NCBI GenBank assembly: GCA_021820445.1
Contig: JAKADN010000002.1
Span: 18,793-82,792 of the forward strand
Reading direction: 5' to 3'
Length of the DNA: 64,000 nucleotides
Source of the DNA: Nitrospirota bacterium
GTDB taxonomy: Bacteria > Nitrospirota > Leptospirillia > Leptospirillales > Leptospirillaceae
The notes below the pieces were generated by a model, which ran no database searches, was not told the DNA's origin, and was given only the letters and a program-made list of their open reading frames with translations. This document shows, piece after piece, positions 39,252 to 47,533 of the stretch (positions within the stretch are counted from its first letter, which is position 1; every line of letters begins with the position of its first letter). The position numbers were made by a program, and so were the translations under genes.

Positions 39252-39458
39252 TTAGTGGCACATCACAAAGCTGAAGGCATGGCGAACCGGATGGACCATG
39301 TCATGAACCATCGGCAACGGGGCGAAGAGAAGAAGATAGAGAGTCACGGGGATCCACAGCAAAAAACTGACGGCCGTCAAAACCTGCCACCAAGCCACCC
39401 GGGATCCGGATACACCTTCGACTCCAACAACCGGCACTACCTTTACCTCGCTCATCAT
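39252..39458 (-). CDS. CbtB-like small His-rich membrane protein (putative cobalt/metal transporter subunit)
   Basis: 68 aa with a single TM helix and a C-terminal HDMVHPVRHAFSFVMCH. This resembles the CbtB signature (HD..H..RH...F.CH) as I remember it. Confidence 0.45.
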   Translation of the reverse strand: MMSEVKVVPVVGVEGVSGSRVAWWQVLTAVSFLLWIPVTLYLLLFAPLPMVHDMVHPVRHAFSFVMCH

Positions 39459-39500
39459 GCAAACCTTTCAAAATTATGAATGATTCCCGGGGATGAACTT

Positions 39501-39857
39501 TTAAGCTCCCCCGTTCCCCTTCCACGACCCCATCTCGACCGGCTCCCCGTCATGACACCCCCTATCAAGAGGGGTATTGTCGCTGGAGGCCACCGGCTTG
39601 ACCATCCCCTTGGACAGGAGATAGGCCTCAACCTCCTCGCCACTCACATCGGCCAGCATGGATCCATCGATCTCAACGCAAGGGGAGAGACGCTGTCCGG
39701 ACTTTCTGACCATTTCGCTGTAGGCTTCGACGCTCGCAATGATATTGATATCCTCGAAGGGGAGGTTGTATTTCGCAAAAACCGCACGCACTCCTCGACT
39801 CCACCCGCATGAGGGCTTGAGGTAGGCGCGGATCGAGATGCTCTTTGATTCGCTCAT
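39501..39857 (-). CDS. Glutaredoxin-fold protein with an atypical CGWS motif and a C-terminal extension
   Basis: IRAYLKPSCGWSRGVRAVFAKYNLPFEDINI..PCVEIDG is a thioredoxin/glutaredoxin-fold pattern. A ~35-aa tail contains one Cys. Confidence 0.55.
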   Translation of the reverse strand: MSESKSISIRAYLKPSCGWSRGVRAVFAKYNLPFEDINIIASVEAYSEMVRKSGQRLSPCVEIDGSMLADVSGEEVEAYLLSKGMVKPVASSDNTPLDRGCHDGEPVEMGSWKGNGGA

Positions 39858-39962
39858 GTTTTTCCCTTTCCGTCCTTATTTTCAGACTGATTCGCTTCAT
39901 CCAGACGAGGTCAGGATGGCTCATTCTATCCGATTTTTCTGTCCCGCTTCAAGTTAAGGATC

Positions 39963-40733
39963 TCAGCCATCGAACTGGACCGATCGAAGAGACAAGCTTC
40001 CCCAACGAAATCCCGTCACGGGAAATGTCACCCTGGAATACCCTTCCGCCGCTCCCAGAGCAACGAACAGCGGGGCAAAGTGCTCGAGGGTCGGGTGAGA
40101 CTTTCGGGGATGGGGGGCGCGCGTTTCAAAATCAAGAAGTGAAGAAATATCACTCTTTGAGAGAGCCTCCGCCACCCATTGGTCGAAGGAGAGAGCCCAG
40201 GGTCTGGGGGGAGCATGGAGATTCGGATCCAATTCACCGAGATTGTGAGTCATGCCACCACTGGCGAGAAAAAGGATCCCCTCCTCCCGTAACGGAGCGA
40301 GGCTTTTTCCCAACGCGTACAGTTTTTCCGGAGAGAACCCAGGAAGAGAAAGACCCAATACGGGAATTTTCCCCTCGGGAAACAGTCCCGCAAGAGGAAC
40401 CCACATCCCATGATCGAGACCCCGGGAGGGGATTGGACGCAGATCTTCTAAGCCTGGCATGGAAGCGAGTCTTCTCCCAAGCTCCGGGGAAACGGGAGAG
40501 GGGTAGGTCAATTGATAGAAACGCTCAGGAAAGCCCCAGAAATCATAGATGAGGGGAACGGGATCAAGGGGACCGATCATGGGATGCGACGTGACCCAAT
40601 GGGCCGAAAGGACAAGGATCGCCTTCACTTGTCCGATCGATTTTCCCCACAGGCCGAGACTCTCGCGCCATTCCGTGTCTTCGAGAGAGAGAGGCGCACC
40701 ATGGGATACAAAGCCGACAGGAAGCAACCCCAT
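39963..40733 (-). CDS. 4,5-DOPA dioxygenase extradiol-like (LigB/YgiD class III extradiol dioxygenase)
   Basis: FVSHGAPL...ILVLSAHW...LDHGMWVPL...ASGGMTHNL pattern of the YgiD family. Confidence 0.8.
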   Translation of the reverse strand: MGLLPVGFVSHGAPLSLEDTEWRESLGLWGKSIGQVKAILVLSAHWVTSHPMIGPLDPVPLIYDFWGFPERFYQLTYPSPVSPELGRRLASMPGLEDLRPIPSRGLDHGMWVPLAGLFPEGKIPVLGLSLPGFSPEKLYALGKSLAPLREEGILFLASGGMTHNLGELDPNLHAPPRPWALSFDQWVAEALSKSDISSLLDFETRAPHPRKSHPTLEHFAPLFVALGAAEGYSRVTFPVTGFRWGSLSLRSVQFDG

Positions 40734-41623
40734 CAGATCCCCTTCGATTCCAGCCAGGACTCGAGCGAAATGAGGTTCATTCCAAAATCCGTTACGGCCG
40801 AATTGCGTTGTGCGACATTGTCGGAAAGCGCCATCCGAATGACATCGGGAGTCAGAAACGGCTTGGGAAGAAGCAGTTTCTGGATCACACCAGAGGCCAT
40901 CATCGCGGCCACCGGAGCCGCAAGGATAGGCGCTTTCAGGTGAAGACTTTTTCGGATGGACTCCATCATTTCCCGATAGGTATAAATGCGTGGTCCTGCC
41001 ACTTCGAGGATCTTTCCTGCCATCTCTGGTCGGTCCGGAATGCGGGCGAGAATGGAGGCGAGATCCCCTGCGAAAACGGGCTGAATCCTGGCCGTTCCGG
41101 GCCCAATCATGGGCAGAACGTGAAGGGTGCGGCCAAAGGTGATGAACTGGTTGATCGACTTGTCCCCATCCCCGAAAACGAGGGAAGGTCGCACGATCGT
41201 AAAAGGAATTCCGGAGGAGGCAACGGCCTCCTCCGCCTTTTTCTTGGTTCTGTGGTAGGCACTCGGAGCATTGATCGCCGCTCCGATGGCGCTGACGTGG
41301 ATGAAGCGGGATGGAGGATTACGGGCAAGGATCCTGAGGGATTCGACCACTCCCCTGTAATGGATGTCCTCGTATTTCTGGTCCCGGGTCTCCGCCAAAA
41401 TTCCCGGAAGATAATAAACGAGGTCACAATTCTCCAGCGCACTTTCGAAAGACTCCGGCCTTGCGACATCGAATTTTCTCCAGGAAATCCCGGCAACACT
41501 CTCTTTGGGTGGATTCCGGGAGAGGACCCGTAATTCTTTCTTCCCTTCCTTTTCGATTGCTGATAAAAGATATCGACCGATGAATCCGGTTCCTCCGATG
41601 ATCGCGATAGCTCCCATGGACAC
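40733..41623 (-). CDS. NAD(P)H-binding atypical SDR (NDUFA9-like / NmrA-like)
   Basis: IIGGTGFIGRYL Rossmann motif, and YHRTKKKAE in place of the YxxxK region. Confidence 0.75.
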   Translation of the reverse strand: MSMGAIAIIGGTGFIGRYLLSAIEKEGKKELRVLSRNPPKESVAGISWRKFDVARPESFESALENCDLVYYLPGILAETRDQKYEDIHYRGVVESLRILARNPPSRFIHVSAIGAAINAPSAYHRTKKKAEEAVASSGIPFTIVRPSLVFGDGDKSINQFITFGRTLHVLPMIGPGTARIQPVFAGDLASILARIPDRPEMAGKILEVAGPRIYTYREMMESIRKSLHLKAPILAAPVAAMMASGVIQKLLLPKPFLTPDVIRMALSDNVAQRNSAVTDFGMNLISLESWLESKGI

Positions 41624-41629
41624 TCCTTC

Positions 41630-42802
41630 TTACCCCTTGAAGACCGTTCCGGATGATCCTCCCAGACCGGCCAGAGCCCTGACTGCCTTTGAAAGGGCAT
41701 GGGCCCATGGCTCGACATCCGAAGGCTGATTCCACCAACCAAGTGAAACGACGACGGATCCCTGCCCTTCACGAGAAGAAAACCCCAAGGCAGTTAGAAC
41801 ATGAGACACTTTAAGAGACTGGGAGGAACAGCTGGATCCCGTTCCAACGATCACCCGGTCCCGGTCCATGAGGGACAGCAGGGCCTGGCCATCAAAGCCC
41901 GGAAGAAGAAGGTTGATGATTCCCGGCCGGCGCACACTGTTATCCCCGACAAATGTTAATCGTGAAAAATCGGAACGGACCTTCTGGACCAGAAGCCGGT
42001 CAAGTTCCTCCAGGCATTTTTTTTCCCGGACAGCATGATGGACTGCATGGCGGACCGCCTCCGCCAGACCTTCCGCAAGAAAAACCGGCTGCGTCCCCCC
42101 TCGCCGCCCCTCTTCCTGCGCCCCCCCATGAATCAACGGGACCATGCGGACACCGCGCCGGATGCAAAGGACCGATATGCCGGACGGACCTCCGATAGAG
42201 GCGGACGAGAGGGTCAGCAGATCGAAGGGGCGTCCCGCAAAATTCGGCAGTTCCCACCCTTCGGCCGCAACAAAATCAGTATGAAAAATCCCTCCCTGCG
42301 ACCGGACGAATTTCCCGATCTCGTCGATCGCCTGCACATGCCCAGTCTCCGGGTTGACGCGCTGAACAGAAACGATCACCCTTCCTCCGGGCCAACGACT
42401 CTTCAGCGCCTCCAGGTCGACATGGCCATTCCCGTCAAGCGACAGAAACGCCACCTTTGTCCCCCTCTGTTCCTGAAGGAAACGGGCCGCGTTGACGATG
42501 GACACATGCTCCAGGGGGGAGATCAGAATATGATCTGCCGACCCCCCACCTGGGAATCGGACCCCGGAAAGGGCCCATGTATTCGCTTCCGAGCCCGAGG
42601 AGACAAAGACCACCTCAGAGGATTCACATCCCAGGTAGTCGGCCACATGCTCACGAGCTTTCTCAAGCCTCTCAGAGGCGTGAAGCCCATTTCTGTGTCG
42701 GGCCGTTGCCAGAACGGGATCATGGCACGACCTTTCCATCACTTCTTTCACGCCAGGCCGCAATAGGGGAACCGATTCGGCATGCATGTTGATTTCATCC
42801 AC
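41630..42802 (-). CDS. NifS/IscS-like class V aminotransferase-fold protein lacking the PLP-binding lysine
   Basis: Collinear with my recollection of E. coli IscS: FVSSGSEANTWAL, ISPLEHVS, HTDFVAA, HGGAQEEGRRGGTQPV, and the catalytic-loop Cys in GTGSSCSSQS. However, the SGHK(I/L)YGPKG box reads SSASIGGPSG. Confidence 0.75.
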   Translation of the reverse strand: MDEINMHAESVPLLRPGVKEVMERSCHDPVLATARHRNGLHASERLEKAREHVADYLGCESSEVVFVSSGSEANTWALSGVRFPGGGSADHILISPLEHVSIVNAARFLQEQRGTKVAFLSLDGNGHVDLEALKSRWPGGRVIVSVQRVNPETGHVQAIDEIGKFVRSQGGIFHTDFVAAEGWELPNFAGRPFDLLTLSSASIGGPSGISVLCIRRGVRMVPLIHGGAQEEGRRGGTQPVFLAEGLAEAVRHAVHHAVREKKCLEELDRLLVQKVRSDFSRLTFVGDNSVRRPGIINLLLPGFDGQALLSLMDRDRVIVGTGSSCSSQSLKVSHVLTALGFSSREGQGSVVVSLGWWNQPSDVEPWAHALSKAVRALAGLGGSSGTVFKG

Positions 42803-42923
42803 TCACCCACCTCCTGGTCTCTATTCCTGAGCCTTTCCAGATCTTTCAAAAACGGTCGTTTTGGGATATGATACCACGGTCATTTTTACAGATAATACCG
42901 GAACTGACATCTAGGGAAGCCCA

Positions 42924-43352
42924 ATGCACAACGAAGAGATCGAATCCATTCTCCTAGACACAAAAACAATTGCCGTCGTGGGGATTTCCGACAAGCTGGG
43001 CCGCCCGAGCCTGACGGTTTCAAGCTACCTCAAGGACCACGGATACGAGGTCTTTCCCGTCAACCCCAACCTTTCTTCAGTCGCCCACGTTCCCTGCTAC
43101 CCCGACCTGAAGAGCCTTCCGGTCACTCCGGACCTGGTCGTGATTTTCAGAAAAGCTTCCGATGTCCCCGATGTTGTTCGAGAGGCGGTGGCGACTGCTG
43201 TGCCAAAGGTCTGGATTCAGGAAGGGATCGTGAGCGAAGAAGCCTACAATATGGCTGAAATAGCCGGAATGGCTGTCGTCATGGACAAGTGCATCATGAA
43301 GGAACACGCCAGGCTTGTGAGGGAATGCCGGATCCAGAAGGGCCACGCCTAG
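42924..43352 (+). CDS. CoA-binding protein (YccU family)
   Basis: IAVVGISDKLGRPSLTVSSYLKDHGYEVFPVNP pattern. Confidence 0.8.
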   Translation: MHNEEIESILLDTKTIAVVGISDKLGRPSLTVSSYLKDHGYEVFPVNPNLSSVAHVPCYPDLKSLPVTPDLVVIFRKASDVPDVVREAVATAVPKVWIQEGIVSEEAYNMAEIAGMAVVMDKCIMKEHARLVRECRIQKGHA

Positions 43353-43438
43353 CCTGTCCCCAATTCGCGAACCGAATCGTTGCCCAATCCCGACGGATAT
43401 ATTATACTTATCCGGTTTTTCCGCTTCTTCCTCCAAAT

Positions 43439-43514
43439 GGCGATGTAGCTCAGTCGGCAGAGCAGGTGAATCATAATCACTCGGTCGGGGGTTCGAATCC
43501 CTCCATCGCCACCA
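43439..43514 (+). tRNA. tRNA-Met (anticodon CAT; elongator-type, tRNA-Ile2/lysidine not excluded)
   Basis: Cloverleaf by eye: acceptor GGCGATG/CATCGCC, D arm GCTC..GAGC, anticodon stem GGTGA/TCACT with loop ATCATAA, T arm GGGGG-TTCGAAT-CCCTC, and an encoded CCA. The G1-C72 pair argues against an initiator. Confidence 0.85.
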
Positions 43515-43620
43515 AAGTTCCCAAGGACTTTCAGGACAACCACCGATAGTTGACCTGCCGCCCGACTATGGCACTCGTAAGGCAGGACCCAAGCTTCCTT
43601 TCCTTCCAAGATTTTGGACA

Positions 43621-43660
43621 TCAAAAGGAAGTGAACGGACTGCACCTATTCCGTTCCTTG
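43621..43660 (-). terminator. Possible intrinsic terminator downstream of fliM
   Basis: The minus strand reads AAGGAACGGA-ATAGGTGCAG-TCCGTTCACTTCC-TTTTGA (7 bp + bulge + 3 bp stem, short U-run). It lies about 145 nt after the fliM stop. Confidence 0.3.
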
Positions 43661-43805
43661 CGGACCAATGAATTGTGACCGACAGGAAATGAGACGAGCG
43701 GCAAGTACGATTCACGTACAGAATTCAAGGGCTGGCTCGAAAATCATCTCAAAAAGTAACGATTTTCTTCAGACTTCCGTTAAAACAATTCATCCGGAAA
43801 AGCCC

Positions 43806-44834
43806 CTACCCTCGCGACTCCTCGTCCTCACCCCTCTTCACGTCCGTGAGATCAGGGAAGACCCGCTCATCGATACGCACCGCACGGCTTGAACGGTAGA
43901 CCCCTGGCCTCCCCCTGAATCGAAGGGCCTTTTCGATCGTGAGGTTGATGGGATCGTCCATATACTGGTCGAGGTAGATCACATCCCCCGGCTTCCACGC
44001 CATGACTTCGGAGAGGCGGGCCTGGGATCGTCCGAGTTCGGCGACGAGCTTCACCGGAATGGAGTCGAGCTGCTGGCGAAGACGCAGGATCCACCGGTGG
44101 TCGACTTCGTACTGGTCGCTCTGGAATCCCGTGTACAGCTTTTCCTTGATCGGTTCGATGGTCGAATAGGGGATACAGATATACACAGGCCGACCCTGAC
44201 CGTCGATATCGAGTCGGTAGGTCAGGGAAATGACCATTTCGGTGGGGGAGACGATCGCGGAAAACTGGGGGTTAATTTCGGAGCGGATATAGGTGACTCC
44301 GATATGATGGACCGGCGCCCAGGCTTTTTCGAAGTCTCCGATGGCCTGATTCAGGATGTTGCGGGTGATCCGGTTCTCGATGGGAGAAAAGTCCCGTCCT
44401 TCGACCTTGACATGTCCCCGTCCCACCCCACCGAAAAGGTGATCGACCAGCAGATAGACCATGCGGGCGTCGATGATCAGGAGAAAATTCCGCTTCATGG
44501 GTTCGAGACGGAGGATGTTGATGTTCGACGGAAGCGCCACTTTCTTGATGAACTCGCCGAACTTGATCATCTCGGTGGACACCGGTGAAAATTCGACGGC
44601 CTTCCGGAGTGTCGAGGAAAGAGTCACCTGAAAGAAGCGCGCAAACCGCTCGTTGACGATCTCGAGGGTGGGCATCCGACCACGAATGACCCGCTCCTGA
44701 CTCGCCAGGTTGTATTCACGCGTCTTTTTGCCGGGCTCTTCCTGGACTTCGGGCTTCTGGGTCTCGATATCCCCTTCGACAATTCCCCGGAGCAGGGCGT
44801 TGACCTCGTCCTGAGACAGAATGTTTTCAGCCAT
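43806..44834 (-). CDS. fliM: Flagellar motor switch protein FliM
   Basis: N-terminal CheY-P binding peptide (LSQDEVNALL) and the FliM middle-domain pattern. 342 aa. Confidence 0.85.
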   Translation of the reverse strand: MAENILSQDEVNALLRGIVEGDIETQKPEVQEEPGKKTREYNLASQERVIRGRMPTLEIVNERFARFFQVTLSSTLRKAVEFSPVSTEMIKFGEFIKKVALPSNINILRLEPMKRNFLLIIDARMVYLLVDHLFGGVGRGHVKVEGRDFSPIENRITRNILNQAIGDFEKAWAPVHHIGVTYIRSEINPQFSAIVSPTEMVISLTYRLDIDGQGRPVYICIPYSTIEPIKEKLYTGFQSDQYEVDHRWILRLRQQLDSIPVKLVAELGRSQARLSEVMAWKPGDVIYLDQYMDDPINLTIEKALRFRGRPGVYRSSRAVRIDERVFPDLTDVKRGEDEESRG

Positions 44835-44906
44835 CGACAGCCAGCCTCCCGAGATTCAGCTTGATGCGGAGCCTCCCTCCGCAAAGAGGACCATTCCTTT
44901 CAAAAC

Positions 44907-44914
44907 TTATCGGC
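44907..44914 (-). promoter_or_regulatory. Sigma-28 (FliA)-type -10 box candidate upstream of fliM
   Basis: Exact GCCGATAA on the minus strand, 72 nt upstream of the fliM ATG. There is no convincing TAAA -35 element at the expected spacing. Confidence 0.3.
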
Positions 44915-44926
44915 CGTTTTGACGAA

Positions 44927-45658
44927 TCAAGACACCGGGAGACCCAGACATCCCCCGAGAAATGACCGCATCTCCTTTTCTGCAGCCTCCGCGGCCTCTT
45001 TGTGATAGGCCGAGCGATCTTCGCAGAAAAATCCATGGCCGGCTCCGGGGTAGGTGACAATCCGGAATTTTTTGCCGGCTTTCTGGAGACTGTCCGAGAC
45101 CGCCTTTCGTTCTTCCGCAGGAATGAAGGAATCCGCTTCTCCATAAAGGAGGAGGAGGCTCGCATCAATTTTCCCGACATGGGCCAGCGGAACCTCCGTG
45201 TGCCCCGGGAAATACCCTTTCTGAGCCCCGATTCCCCCTCCATAAAAACAGACGGCACAATGGATCTCCCTCCCCAGCCATTCCGACGACAGGAATGCGA
45301 GACGTCCTCCCATGCAGAATCCGACCACGGCAATCCGCCCCCCATCGACCCGGGGATCCTCCTTGAGAAGCCGGACGGCCCTGGCGATATCCTCTCGCGC
45401 CTCCGCATCCTTCATCCGGGAAAGGTTGTTCATGGCCGTTTCCCTGTCTTCATAGGACACCACGCGCCTCTCCTGAGGAAGCCGATGGTAGAGGTCAGGG
45501 GTGACCGCCACCATTCCCCAGGAGGAGAGCCGCTCGGTCAGCCCCCGAAAATGTTTATTGACTCCGTAGGCTTCCATCAGAATGACGATTCCCGGGACCT
45601 TTCCTTTGCCTTCCGGCATTGCGCGAAACGCAAAGCCGCGGTCGACCCATTCTCCCAT
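44927..45658 (-). CDS. Dienelactone hydrolase family protein
   Basis: Nucleophile elbow GFCMGG, PGAGHGF, and an N-terminal GIVILMEAYGVN pattern. Confidence 0.8.
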   Translation of the reverse strand: MGEWVDRGFAFRAMPEGKGKVPGIVILMEAYGVNKHFRGLTERLSSWGMVAVTPDLYHRLPQERRVVSYEDRETAMNNLSRMKDAEAREDIARAVRLLKEDPRVDGGRIAVVGFCMGGRLAFLSSEWLGREIHCAVCFYGGGIGAQKGYFPGHTEVPLAHVGKIDASLLLLYGEADSFIPAEERKAVSDSLQKAGKKFRIVTYPGAGHGFFCEDRSAYHKEAAEAAEKEMRSFLGGCLGLPVS

Positions 45659-45673
45659 CAGTGACGCTCCTTT

Positions 45674-46726
45674 CTATCCGTTTTTCAAGGTGGCCATATC
45701 GATCACGAAGCGGTAGCGAACATCTCCGGCCAAGGTCCGTTCATAGGCCTCGTTGACCTTCTGGATGGGAATCAGCTCGATATCGGACACGATCCCATTC
45801 TGGCCGCAGTAGTCGAGCATTTCCTGCGTTTCCCGGATTCCTCCAATGAGGGAGGCGGTCAGATTCCTCCGGCGTGAAATGAGAAGAAAGGAATGGATGG
45901 ACAGAGGTTTCTCCGGGACGCCAAGAAGAACGGCCGCCCCATCCTTCCGAAGGGCCCCGAGATAGGGAGCGAGATCATGGTCTGCGGAAACGGCATCCAC
46001 CATCAGATCGAAGCGGTTCGCCACCTTGGCACCCCATCCGTCCTTTTTCGTCAGGACGAAGTCGTGGGCCCCGAGTCTTTTGGCATCCTCTTCCTTTGCC
46101 GGAGAGGTACTGAATACGGTGACGCGCGCCCCCATGGCCCTGGCGAGCTTGATCGCCATGTGTCCGAGCCCACCCAGGCCGACGACCCCGACCTCGCTCC
46201 CTTCCCGGACATGGAACCGGCGAAGCGGCGAATAGGTCGTGATCCCGGCGCACAGGAGCGGCGCCACCTGGGAGAGGGGCAGGTTGCCCGGAAGGCGTAG
46301 AACGAAATCTTCCGAAACGACGATCAGGTTCGAATACCCTCCGTAAGTCGGAGTCTTTCCGTCTCTCTCAACGGAATTGTAGGTCCAGACCGGCCCGGAA
46401 TCGCAAAACTGTTCCTCTCCTTCCCGGCAGGAAGGGCAGACGCGGCAGGAATCGACCATGCACCCGACTCCGGCCAGATCTCCGACAGCGAACCGTGTCA
46501 CCTCCGATCCCGTCGCGATCACCTTCCCGGCGATCTCATGACCCGGAACCATCGGGAAACGGGCCCCGCCCCACTCGTCGCGGGCCTGATGAATATCCGA
46601 GTGGCAAATTCCCGCGTACAGAATTTCGATGACGACATCCCTGGCCCCCGGATCCCTTCGTTCGAAGGAAAAGGGTTCGAGGCGACTTTTTGCCGCTCTT
46701 GCGGCGTATCCTTGGGCTTTGATCAT
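45674..46726 (-). CDS. NADP-dependent zinc alcohol dehydrogenase (YahK / cinnamyl-ADH family)
   Basis: GICHSDIH, GHEIAGKV, structural-zinc Cys cluster (CRVCPSCREGEEQFC), and GLGGLGHMA. Confidence 0.85.
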   Translation of the reverse strand: MIKAQGYAARAAKSRLEPFSFERRDPGARDVVIEILYAGICHSDIHQARDEWGGARFPMVPGHEIAGKVIATGSEVTRFAVGDLAGVGCMVDSCRVCPSCREGEEQFCDSGPVWTYNSVERDGKTPTYGGYSNLIVVSEDFVLRLPGNLPLSQVAPLLCAGITTYSPLRRFHVREGSEVGVVGLGGLGHMAIKLARAMGARVTVFSTSPAKEEDAKRLGAHDFVLTKKDGWGAKVANRFDLMVDAVSADHDLAPYLGALRKDGAAVLLGVPEKPLSIHSFLLISRRRNLTASLIGGIRETQEMLDYCGQNGIVSDIELIPIQKVNEAYERTLAGDVRYRFVIDMATLKNG

Positions 46727-46786
46727 TGATGGCCCCTTCGTTCGGGTTGGCGGATTGTTGACTGATCAAGGGAAAAACTCGATGGA

Positions 46787-46895
46787 GATTCCGAAAATCC
46801 TAGGGAATCCCTTTCTGACTGACCTTGTTTCTGATCCTACCCCAGGGATTCCCCGAAAACAAGGCGTCTCCCTATGGGAATCCGACTCCGATTCC
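46787..46895. repeat. Cluster of five GGAATC/GATTCC hexamers, including a 19-nt near-palindrome (candidate operator array)
   Basis: GATTCC at 46787, GGAATC at 46804, GATTCC at 46847, GGAATC at 46877, GATTCC at 46890. The segment 46877-46895 reads GGAATCCGACTCCGATTCC. All lie in the divergent adh/ppa intergenic region. Confidence 0.4.
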
Positions 46896-46963
46896 GGACG
46901 CAACGCACAAAAAACTGCTATACTCTTCCGGGTGGAATTCTACGAATATAAACACACCCCGAA

Positions 46964-47527
46964 ATGGAGGCGTTCATGTTCAATCCCTGGCACGATCTAT
47001 CCCTCGGCAGCAATGCTCCCCATGAAATCCAGGTCCTGATCGAAATTCCGGCAAAAAGCCGGGTCAAGTACGAGCTGGACAAGGAAACGGGGCTCATGCG
47101 CGTCGACCGGATCCTTCACAGCGCCGTCTACTACCCCACAAATTACGGACTCATCCCGCAGACCTACTGCGAGGACAACGACCCCCTCGACGTCTTTGTC
47201 TTCTCCAGTGAATCCCTCCTCTCGAATTCCATTGTCACGGTCCGTCCCGTGGGGATCATCCACATGGAAGACGGCGGAGAAAAGGACGACAAGATCGTCG
47301 CCGTCATGGTCAAGGATCCGGAGTGGGGCCAATATCGCCATATCGAAGACCTCATCCCGCACCGAATCCGTGAACTCACCCAGTTTCTCAAGGACTACAA
47401 AACCCTCGAAAACAAACAGGTCGTCGTGAGCGACGTCGAGGGGAACACCGTCGCCAAAAAGTCCATCGAGGATGCCATCGCCCTTTACGGATCCAAGAAG
47501 AGCCAGCTCGTCAAAAAGTCCCGGTAG
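46964..47527 (+). CDS. ppa: Inorganic pyrophosphatase (family I)
   Basis: IEIPAKSRVKYELDKETG...VDRIL...YPTNYGLIPQT...DNDPLDV pattern. Confidence 0.9.
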   Translation: MEAFMFNPWHDLSLGSNAPHEIQVLIEIPAKSRVKYELDKETGLMRVDRILHSAVYYPTNYGLIPQTYCEDNDPLDVFVFSSESLLSNSIVTVRPVGIIHMEDGGEKDDKIVAVMVKDPEWGQYRHIEDLIPHRIRELTQFLKDYKTLENKQVVVSDVEGNTVAKKSIEDAIALYGSKKSQLVKKSR

Positions 47528-47533
47528 GATCTC

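Noticed and set aside
43349-43645. 98-aa minus-strand ORF
   Set aside because: It runs straight through the tRNA-Met gene and has no recognisable start context.
43439-43805. tRNA-Met 3' flank as an integration site for a genomic island
   Set aside because: The downstream genes include no integrase, recombinase or phage genes, and I could not spot a direct repeat of the tRNA 3' end. The 290-nt gap is more simply the fliM 3' UTR and terminator region.
44915-44940. -35 element to complete the sigma-28 promoter upstream of fliM
   Set aside because: The sequence at the expected 15-nt spacing from GCCGATAA reads GTCT rather than TAAA. The promoter call therefore stays at low confidence and rests on the -10 box only.
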